DNA of 64,000 nucleotides from Styela clava. Taxonomy: Eukaryota. Where the stretch lies: NCBI RefSeq assembly GCF_964204865.1, contig NC_135253.1:6324001-6388000 (forward strand), written 5' to 3'. Shown here piece after piece: positions 50,101 to 62,100 of the stretch (position 1 is the stretch's first letter; each line of letters opens with the position of its first letter). The notes under the pieces were generated by a model. That model was not told the DNA's origin. It ran no database searches and worked only from the letters and a program-made list of their open reading frames with translations. The translations under genes were made by a program, and so were the position numbers.

Positions 50101-53100
50101 GATAAAGCACCAACAAAACATGACTCAAATAACAGCATGCCAAGTATGACTCAGCAGATAAATTACTGTTGCCAGTAAACAGATAAAGTTAAGATTACCA
50201 AAATATGCAATACAAATTATATAAATTACCACAGCTTTTTCCTACCACATAAGCCAATATTGAAAGAAACTAAAATGTAGTAAATTTTTTCATTTTGGTT
50301 TGCACAATATTGTGTTAATATATTTTCAGTTAATTCAACTGTTTTCATATCTCATCTCTTGGCCATACTTGGTAATTAAGTCCATCTGGCTCTATTTTAA
50401 AATTGAAAATTTTTCAAATCAATTTTATTGCAGGACAATACCAGCCTATTATGGACAGTGAAGCATCATCTGGTATTTTAAGTAGAGATGAATCTAATGA
50501 TGATTATCTTGAATCAAATGATAGCGAAGGAAAAGCTCCAGTGTTATCATTGAAGGTAAATTGTGATCGTTTAAACCAGGGGTGTGCAACCTTTAATAAT
50601 ACAAGAGGGCCAGATACAAATAATTGGGCGAAACCACGGACCGCACCTTTATTTAACATAGACTTTCTAGTAGTAGCACAAAAACTCTGGTTATTGATCT
50701 TATGACATGTGTTGTTCGTTTCGCGCAAGCTAGCTGTTAGAGCATTGCAACGTCATAGGCACAGATTATAAATTGAACGCAGGTGTAGGCTTTGCAAACT
50801 CTTTTCATGGGCGCACACCATTCAAGATTGGCTCTTCTCTGCGGGCCAAACAATTTATCTTTTTGGCCGCATTTGGCCCCCGGGCCACAGGTTGAACACC
50901 TCTGGTTTAAACAATTGCTACTCGTGAGATCTGTATCAATTTAGAGCAGGGATGTGCAACATATTTTGTTGATGGGCCATATAACCAACTTCAGACATTA
51001 AGCTGGGCCACACAAAAATTTTAGTTTTTCCATGTAGACAACGAATTAAAAGATTCTCACAAAGCAAAATTTTGTTTATTTAACATTAGTGGGACGCTTG
51101 AAATTTCGAGTTCTTGTATAGTTTTTAACATCAGATTTGACACTAGGTAAAAATTTATACTTGATGGGAAAAATCTAGAGTGTTGACAAGGGCCACACTA
51201 AATGGCTTGGCGCACTGGGTTGTGGCTCGCAGGCCGCCTGTTGCACATCTCTGATTTGAAGGTACATCAAACCTATTGTCAAATGGCAGCCCAATATGCC
51301 TTATATGTGGAGTCCATTCAAATGGCAATTGGGACCTTATAACTAACCTACACCCATCCTAGGATATGATATAATCATTCTGGTTAGGCATAGCTTATCC
51401 AAATTATAACTCTTGGTGGGGTGATTTGATGCCTTGTCATTCATCCCACAATTCATTTTTCTCATCCACCTATGTTGTATTTGTTATTCAAGTATTAGAC
51501 TTATTGCAAATGGGATGAAAAGTTTGACACAGATTTATGCCAACCTTTGTTTGGATTTAAATTTATGATATTTGGTCTTGATCAAGTGTTTTCTTTAGTT
51601 AGGTGTTTGTATTGAGTACTGTGCAAATATCTTTATTCAATGGCTCTTCTTGAAGTATATATTTCATTGTGAAGTGAATTTAATTTGAAGGGTAGAAACT
51701 TAATCTATCACACATTTAAATTCATTATAAAATGAATTGGCTTTTTAGGTATTTAGCTGTATATATGTATCACATTTACATTTTTCATGATCGTTCAGTT
51801 TTATACCATAATGATGAGATATTCAATTTTTAATTTTGATTAAATTATTGGTTTGTTATCATGTTTGATCTATTTTGTCCTACATTTAAAATCAGTATTG
51901 GACCAGAGTCCCTAAATTTTTTTTCAGGTTTATTATAAAATCAGAGAGCAATGCTAAATATAATATAATATGGACACAAATGTAACTTTCTAGACGTTTA
52001 GGGCTGTGTCAGTATGCTGTGTCAGTATTGTAAAGGATTAGCTAACTAGTTGGCTGCATAAGAATCGCAGGAGAAGGAAAAAAATTAAAAGTGGTATCCT
52101 TCTAGTGACATCAACCATCTTCAAGTACTAAAATTTGAAAACAGTTTGGCCCTTGGTGAATTTTAATGAATTTTGCTTTGTGTCCACTGGACACTGTCCA
52201 GTAATCACCTGTTGGGTGTTTTTAAACATTGTGAATTATTTTTTTCCAGGGATTAGAAGGTTTTGATCTTGATGATTTACTTGATGATTCATATGGTGAA
52301 GATAACATTGATGTCTCCCTCACTTCTCTCAATTTGGACAAAGGTATCAACAATTTCTTATTTATACTTTCTTAATGATAATCTTTAACACTGTGCCTTT
52401 TTATATTTGTACTTAAATGAATCTTAAGTTATTAACATATTATCATAGCTGATGAATTTCAAAACACATAACCCTGCTTTACCTTAGGCATTATAAAACT
52501 ATTTTAAATTTGTGATTAAATTTAAATATACCTCTCATACTTTGTATCTAGAAACTAACTAACCATCATGTATATTAATGTGTATATATTGTAGGCAGGC
52601 TAGTCGATAGTCAGTCATCCTAGTTGATAATAAATACCAAAATTCGGAAAAATTAATTTATCATTAATGATAGCCAAGCGTTTCAAGCATTAGACTAAAT
52701 TAACTGTTTTGGCATCTCAGATTAAATATCTTGGGTTAAAATCATATGCCACCCCATTACATACATAATGTAATAAATTGGTAGCCAATACTCAACTGGA
52801 AATGCTTATATAATAGTAACTTCTTACATATCATTAGGTATCAGTGGGATCTTGTATAGAGCCTCGTTTGGAGCGAATGGTGTGTATAAGCAACGTATAA
52901 AAATATGAATACAACCAAAAATTCATCTGCAAAACATTTGGAAATTTGATGATACATGATACATAATAAAATATACCTAACTCTGTCATGTACATGTATG
53001 GTGCGAATGACTTATCTTGCATAAATTGATATTTAAAATTTTTTCTATAGATCAAACAAGCCAATACGATTTAATGAATCAGCTTGTTGATTTGAGTAAA

Positions 53101-56100
53101 ACTCAAAAAGGAAAAGAAGATGGCACAGTGTCGAATTCAGAGGCTGGTGATTCTAAGCAACATTTTTTAGCATCTCGCCAATTTCAAAATGAACCTGGTG
53201 GACAGGAGAATAACATAGAAGAAGAAGTTTTGGAAAAGGCTGATATTGGTAAGATCTTCTACATAGTAATAATGTCAATCATGAACAATTTAGGTTGTGA
53301 GCTTTATGCAGGGATGTGCAATATGATTAGAGTATTTCATTTCGAGGATTTGAAAAAAAAAATCAAGCAAATAAATGCTAAAATGTAACTGTCCTGCACT
53401 TCGAAAAAAAAGTTCATTGAATATAATTATGTTGGTTTTTATATATTCTCAGCTCAGTTATACAAAACCCAAGTTGGGTATTACATATTCCAAAATATCA
53501 ATTTTGAATGTATTCGGGATAGAAGATTAATTGGTTTTAGTCATCTGTCACTTTAGGTTGTTGGTCGGAACCCCCTTCCCCCTTTGCAATGTGATAAAAA
53601 AAGTATTTTTCTGTGTCATACATAGCAAATTCTTATAGCCTGACCTGAAATGCTTTTTAGAACCTGAAGAGTCTTGAAAACTCCCGGAACCGCTAGCTGT
53701 TATGGTCTAACTTGGCAATTATAAATTTCAGAACTCCTTTGTTGAAAATTGCTGACTACACCCCTGTGTCTGAATTACCTCAAGCAAAACATGTTTGCTT
53801 ATATCCAGTGGTGGGATTCAAATTTTTTGTCAGCCGGTTCCATCACACAAATGTCATATTTTTTCAGCCGGTTCTGTTGTTTTTTTCAGTAATGCCAACC
53901 GGTTCGCTGATCTCATAAAATTCTGTGAGATAGTTCTATAGAACCGGTGCGAATCGGCTGAATCCCACTACTGCTTATATCCATTGTCAAGTGTCTGCAC
54001 GACTGCACAGGACTCCTTAAAACCGATAATTTTAGGATTTACTGACGTGCATGTCACAAGCATATCATTGTTCCATAATTCATCACCCAAGAAACAATGT
54101 TATTAAAAGAGATTTTTCGAATCCCATGATTTTGCTAATTGAATCCATTCTTATGTTAATTTTATCATAACTAGATTGGCAGAATTTTTTTTTCAGTCTC
54201 TGTCTTTACTATGGAATATTGCTAGACTAGGTGTGCTCTCATAAGGAAATTTTCCAACAATTTGCTATGCTTATTTGTTGTCCCAAAACTTTCCATTATC
54301 ACTGTCTCTTATTTTTCCTTATAGAAGATAACAAGGAAAAGAAAATAGAGGATTTATCATCCAATCCAATTTCATCATCTTCAGGAAGCTTCTCGTCTAC
54401 AGCTGGTTAGTAGCCATGTCTGAGTTAGATCAATGCTTTTTAACTTTCATTAATTTTATTTTGATCAATTTTTATTATTGTACACTACATTATTAATTTA
54501 AACAAACAAGTCATGCTTTTCAGCAACTTAATATTTCGGTTAGACAATGCAATACCTCTTTAATACGGGTAGGTTTTTTATACAACACATAATCATGCCT
54601 TTCGCTTCGAACAAGGCCATATGATACTGAGGAGATATGCCACTGATATTCAAGTAGCTACTATTCTGGGACTAAAGTTTTGAGAAACCAGTACTCCCGG
54701 TCCATGTATTTGTTCATTACTCGATTGTATTCTATGTAGGGTTATTCGTTAATCCATCGTTTTTCAAACTTTTGTTTCCCAGAACACATACACTTCCTAT
54801 CTCGCCTTGCGGAACGAAAATTAGGAGTGGTTTTCATTTTGCTTATGAAAAAATTGAAATGTTTGCTTTTAAAACCAGGCCGGCGGTTAATGAGAATGCC
54901 ATGCGTTTCAAACTGGCACAAGGCCTGTCTGCTTGTTGCCGTGATTGGCGTGGCGTGCTCCACGAAACACAGTTGAGAAACGCTACGCTAATCTAAAGCT
55001 AAACTCTAGCTAAAAAGCATTGCATTTGATATCCTATACCAGCAGAACAGCAGCACGCTCGGTTAATTAGTTTCATATTGCACTGTTTTCATTAAACAAT
55101 CAGGAAAATCACAAATTTTTCAATGCCTTTCATAGATTGTTTTTTTAATTTTTTTTCTTCTATTAGAATTATCATTGTCCGAACCTACAACAATATATCT
55201 TGATCTTCGGCCTAAAGCTGACTCGGATACTAATAATGAAAAACAAGAGGAATCACAGGAAACTCAGAATGTGGTATGAAACTGAATTATACATTTATTT
55301 ACATTAAATGTTTGCAAATTTTAAATTGCTACTATAGTGCTTTATAAAATAATTCAAGAGCACATTTAATGTAATCTTAAATACATCATGTCGCTGTGGT
55401 AGAATCAAATTAGCTTATGTCAGATTTTATTAAGGTTTTGAGAAAATTTCATTTTGGCAATTTTCAAATCTCTATAGCTAAACCTGAAAGCGAGCATGGG
55501 GCACCATCTAAAATCAAAACTAAAATAGATGAAGCTTTGAAAACAAGACCAGAAAATGGCCCTGTTCCATTATGGCAGAAGATAAAAAAAAACTCAATTT
55601 TTTGAAAAATGTTTACGGGAGTGACATATTGAAAGCTTTTACCCACTGATTCAATTATCAATTCAATTTCCTATTTATCTTTTAATCAACTGTAAATTTA
55701 TATCTTCGGTTTATACATTAATGCTGTAACTTTACAGAAACTTGACTTGATTCTGTCTAAATTGCGTGTTGTTATTGAAATCTTCATTGACTGTTTGCAC
55801 AATTAATAATTAATAGGAGAAACCTGTAAATCGAGTTATGAGGCGAAGAGTTCGAGCTCAAACTAAAAGTATCGGAGTTTCTGCATCAAATAATATTGAT
55901 CAAGATCAAGTTATGAAACGGGTTCAAAGTTTGTCCAGAATAAGAACAATGACAAGGTGTGATTACTGGAATAAAGGATTTTTTATTTTATTATATTTAA
56001 CCAGTTAACTGTAATGAAGTTGTACTGGGAAATGGAGATAATTTTTTTTTATACTATTATACAGGTAATTAAGATTCCCAACCTTCTTCGTTTATTTATT

Positions 56101-59100
56101 TTTAAACTTTTCATTCCTCCTTCAATAAGCATAAAAACAATTTTTTTACTCTTTGATGAATCATTAATTAGCTCTCTGGCTTTTGTACAGTTTAAAATAT
56201 TCATTAGTTGTGCAAAAATATGTATTTTTAATATTAATTGAAAGGTAGCCTAAATATCTAAAATAAGGCAGGCAAGATCAAATCTAACAAATATTTTTAT
56301 TTTTAATTAGCTTCATGCCCTCTCAAAAAATTGTCTACGCTCCCCTCATGTGGGGTGCACCTCACCGTTTGAGAATCAAACGTCTGAATCGTTTAAAGGC
56401 TTAAATGAAGGATCAGTAGTAACTGATGTTTATGATGAACATGTTTGATATGCTGTATCAGATTTAGTCTTCCCAAATCTATTATTTCTTTCAACATATA
56501 TTTAGACCTGTTTTTTAATCAAGCAAATTTTTTTTACAGAGAGGAATCAGAAGATTCCGATTCAGAAAATGATGATGATGATTTTAAAGCTTGGCAAGCT
56601 GAAAGAAATAGGTTTGTATTATATTATTTTAAATGTCAACATAGTGGGAGATGGCTCTTCTGTGGACATTCAAATTACAGTATGCTCTGACCTAATAGGT
56701 AACAAGTATATTATTGTCCTCTGTATGTTTTATAAGCTAAAGGTACATATGATAACTTTACCAGGATGTAGTTAATCTCTCAAACTGGAAAATATTTTTA
56801 TGAGTTTTTTGCATACAGCTCTGAACAAGGCTCTATACTAGTAACCATTAATACATAATTATCTGCTATTTTTTTTTAAAGATTGGTTGTGCATTGTCAA
56901 CCCAATTGATTACACTCATAGTGAGGTGATGAGTATGGGGCTTGAACTTGCGACCCATACATAGTTAGGCTCAGTTCTTTAACCACTAGGCCAGGGGTGG
57001 TCAAATTACGGCCCGCGAGCCGGATCTGGCCCACTTGTGCCTGCTGAAATTATGAGTATAGTTTTTATGGTTATATTTCTTCGTTAATAAAGTAATTGCC
57101 CACCCCTGCTCTAGGCTATCGCATCCACTGAATAAATTCGATAACTTCGTACTTATGTCTGCTTAAAGCTTTGTCTGTACTGAAGTAAGTGGCTCATATA
57201 AATGATGTTTAAAATTTTAAAACTTTCCAAAACTGTCAGATTTCAATTTGTCATTATAATGTATGGTATGGGTTCCCAGAGAATAAACAGTCTCACTAAA
57301 CAAAAACAACTTTTCAATTTAGGATCAAAGAAAGATCATCTTTGTCCGCCGCTGTATCACCGAAAAACAAAGCGAAAAAAATGGACACTGAAACTATCAC
57401 TCACCATAAAGGAAATTCTTCATTATCATTCACAAGTTCAACCAGTAACAAGAGGTCTACTAAATATGATAGAAATTTACAATCCAATTCAGGTGCTAAT
57501 GATAATAGTAAACCAGCAAGAAACACAGCATTTGGCGAAAATATTCCAGGAATCGAACACATTGATAATAGCATTTATGATGGTGACAGAAGAATTTTGA
57601 ATGATGATGTTACTTGCCTTGATCTGGATGAGTTATCAGAGTCTTTCGACGTTGATGAAAACAATGCAGGAATCTATGCCAGGCAAAGATTAAAAAAAGA
57701 AAAACAAGAAAAGGGAAATGTGACGACAACATCTTCATTGCGGAACAAAGCAGACAAAACTAACAATAAAAATAAAGGGAAAGTAACAGTTAGTTTTGCT
57801 GAGGAACCTAAAAAAGGTTGGTTGTATTTTTGGATTTAGTAGATAGATCATAAACTTGTATCAACAAAAATGAAAGAATTTTTTCTTATATAAAATTACA
57901 TTGGAACTTGGAGGTATGGTTTTGATAGGCTATTAATATCGTTTGTGAGACAATCTCCTTCGCATCACATTATCTTTGCATTGATTTTCACTCTGTATTC
58001 TTACTCTAATCATTTCATTGCAGTTTCATATCTATTCTAACTAAATTAGAATCTATCATCCAATCTTTTAAACATGATGTTTCCCATCATTTGTTCATGC
58101 TGTGAGTTTTCATTTATTTACTGTCAGTGTTTTATCTAAATAAGTGTTCCCCAACCCCAAGGCCTGCAGACTTACATGAGACTCCATGCACAGACATATT
58201 GGCTATATTGATCATTTTCATCAGCGAAACAGTAACTGTAACAGCGTGAAGCGTTGTATTTTCATTCAGTTCTGCTAGTTTTGTTGTCCTCTGGTTGTTT
58301 CATGTTTACAGAATGTTTTGTTTTTAATTTGCTTTCCACATCGATTGCTTGGGCAAAATGAAATTCAAGCATTTAGAAATAAAGACAGGTACTTAAAGCT
58401 TAAGAGTTTATTAATTTGGAATCTGAAACAAAAAATACACTTTGACTACCATTGACTATTTCGTAGTCAAAATTCTGATTTCACTGTAGCCAGAATTTCA
58501 GACTCTCAATGGTGATAGGAGTTTTCTACTAAAATTTAAAATACTCAGTTATTAGGCGTTTTATAGGCAGAGTTTGGTAATTAACATTTTTAAAAGTTTA
58601 AGAGGCTAAAAAATTACTATTGACAAAGTTCTCCCAATCTAAAATTAGATCGATGAAAAGTCTGTTTTTAATTAGGAAGTTAACTGGAAAATAATTGGAT
58701 CAATAAAATAATTTATAAATGGTAAATAGTAAACCCAAAACCCAATCACTAAAGTTAATTGGATTGATAATGTTATTTTTAATCTACCTTATGAGAATTG
58801 ACTGCCTCAGTTCTCATACAATTTATCACAACTCGCATTATATAAGAATTGTTTCTATGGTTCAGCCTTTCATAGGCTAACCGTCTGTGTTTTCAACTTC
58901 TTCACAACTGTACTATGACACAACAACAGTAATAAGTGCTATAGTTTTTTCGAATATAAATTTTCCTGAGTAGAAGTTCAGTGACAACTGGCAAAGTTCT
59001 CATTAAATGTTGCGAGTGGTATAATGGTATTTATATAGTTGCCCTAATAAATAAAAAATTCAAATCAAATTAACGTTTATTCAATCCTTGTGCCTGAGTC

Positions 59101-62100
59101 CACCGCATTGTTATGTAATTCATTTTGCTTCGGAAATGGTCTACTACTGTTTTGGATGGACAGGAAACTTTTTTCCAAGAACTGCATACTTGAAATTTAC
59201 TTGTAGCAATTTTTTTATTAACGCCTCGCCCTCAACTCAAACTTAAAGTTGAACTGCTTTGCGTCAATCGACATTCACTAGTGTGTAATGTGTTACTGTA
59301 AATCTATATAGTTTCTGTAGGCATTTCAGTAGTTGCACATATCATTGTTCAGAAATAAATCTCGTACGAACACAAAGGGTGGTTTGCGCCTCGGAATCTT
59401 CCGCTTTTGAATGTGAAATAAAAACATTTTATGCCAGAAGCCAAAAGCAGCGTTTTCCGGATTCCAAATAGAAAGTTACAGTCTAACTTGGCAATTAGAA
59501 TTTTCAGAACACCCTTTTTTGTAAGATCCTGGCTTCACCCCTGTCGTCAATAGTTTCTGTGTTATGATTGGTTTTTTTTCTACAGATGATAATGATACAA
59601 CAAACATATATCGTGCCAAGAATTTAAATTCAACAGCATGGAAACCATCGAATGAAGACAATTCTTCAAACGTAGTCAAGAAAACTACAGATTCAATCAC
59701 AAGCAGTGTTCAAACAGAAGATTCATTTCCATTGACAAGGTCTGTTGGTAACCAAGTAATCTGCTTCAATGTTCTTCATGTCTGGTGATCGGGGATGACC
59801 AAAACCGAATGATCTACTTACTACCTTGTGCATATTTTGAAATATTCTTTTCAAATATGGGAATTGAATTTATATTCTGAATTGAGTCATGTTTAATAGG
59901 AAATGTGTATATTTACAGAGATTGAATTTATGATATAGAAAAGTTAAGGTAGCTTATATTTTGTTCTGACAGTCATTTTGTATGGATTTCATTTTTAGAT
60001 TAAATGTGTCAGTATCTCCAAAAGGACAATTCTAATTTCCTAGAATCACATATTTTCCTTATTGAATTTGATTTTAAATATTTATTATGAATATTACTGC
60101 TCCTGATATAACAGACTGCCATACATTAATTAGTTTCTACTTGTTCTGAAGAATGTTCTGAAGTAAGGGTGTAAAAAAATAGAATATTCTTTTATGCTAT
60201 AAATTTATCATATTTACAGGAATTCTGATCTGGCATTTCATAAAGTTGTTGAAGATATGTTACAAAGACGAGGTTTGATTTTTCTTACTACTTTCTTTGT
60301 TTTCATAATGCATATCCAATATTAATATATTTTTTCTTGTTTCCAGGTGATGTGAAATTAATAGACAAAACTGTAACTGATAAACACATTGAAGCTCAAT
60401 CAGTCCTCGCCAAAAAGGTAAAAATCCTATCTCACTTTCAATTATATTTTCCATATGATTAGTGATGCTCAGTGAATACCAAGCTATTCAGATGGGAATA
60501 TTCCTATATATGATGACATCTTACACTACTTATTTGTGGTCTTGATATAGAGCTTTCACAATTCAGTATTATTTAGCTCATGTTCTTTCAGGATTGAGAT
60601 ATTTTGATTATTTTTGTTTGTTTGTACATAGCACTTGAACTTTGAAAGATTATGAAACTTTTTTAGGTTTGAATTTTGAATTACGTTTAACAGTCTTAGT
60701 TATTTTTTTATTTTAATTATTTATTTGTTTTCAATTAAAATATAAAAGTATTCAGCAAATATTTTTGTGATTTTCTTACAGCCAATATCAACAGGCATAA
60801 TATAGTCGCAAGTTTTCCTTGAATTTAAGTTTTATTTTATACACTACATCATCTATATTTTAGCAATACGAACTAGCAAAATCAATTGGATTGTCATCAT
60901 CTTCATATCTTGATGATAGACAAGTATTGAGAGAAACCAAATTAAAATTAAAAGTTCTTCTGGAAAAGGAAGAACAAAAGTTGGGGAATGCAACCAGGGT
61001 ATTATATGATATGGTGAGTTAATCAGTATATTTTCAACATTTTCTGAAAAAAATCCCATTGTCAGATTTGGTATTGTAATAATCCAAGGCAAAATTTAAT
61101 TCCATGTTTGTATTATTAGTATATAATGCTTATGAGACATTGGGTTAACAAACCCATCAATCATTTTGGTATATTTTTTTGTCAGGACGAAAATCGCCAT
61201 TTTCTTTGACCAAATGCTTTTTAGGATTAAAGTTAGGTCTAAGACTGAAATTTATCCCAAGAGTGTTACTATTTTTTTGAAATTTTCACTGAATTCCCTC
61301 GGGACGAATTTTTTTTTCTTACAAACTTTATTGTGTTTTTAAGTGAATTTACATCACTGTATAGAATTTACATGGAATATTAATTTTCTTGTCTGCCTTA
61401 AACGAACAGTGTACATTTACCATGTCATTTCAATGGTAATAAAGGAAGTCAAAATTTTTCAAATAATCTCAAGAATCATTAACCTTACTAAGCATTTTTA
61501 ACATTCTATTAAAGAAGGCTTGCATGCACAAAAGTTTTGTTATTAAAATTTGATTTTCTTGGAGCTGAAATTTTTTACAACTCAGAGTCAGGAGTTTTTT
61601 TTTAATCAAAGTTGTGAGTCCACACTCTTGTTGTTCAATTATTAGATTACATAGATGTTTTCACAATCTTTTTGTGAAACACAGCATTACAGCTCACACT
61701 CATATCCTTTGCGTTCAACGATATATAGAGTAAGCAACTGAGCCTGTAATATTATTTTTCACTTCTACCAAAAGTTTGTATCTCATTACAGGATGCATCA
61801 TATGAGACTGAGGTTCCCAATATTCCTCCTGAATTGAACACAGAGAAGTCTCAGATGGTTTTGTTAACAGTCAACATGTCATCAACTGGATGTATTGTGA
61901 CTCACAGAACATCAGGTGGACACAAAGCAACATCAGTTGATCCTAATATCGGTTTCTCCATTACTTATCCTATGCTTATATCATGGTTTCTAGCTTTGGT
62001 AAGATATATTTCAATCATTTCTGTATTGAATTTTTCACTTCTATTTGCAGTAGAATTGTTAGAAAAAGTGGTTTTCATGCTATCATGAGGTTAGTCCAGG

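Noticed and set aside
55417-55605. Coding-looking ORF (AKPESEHG...) in a DNAAF8 intron
   Set aside because: Its acceptor is phase 1 while the preceding exon ends in phase 0, and there is no good donor; it could be an alternative exon but is unsupported
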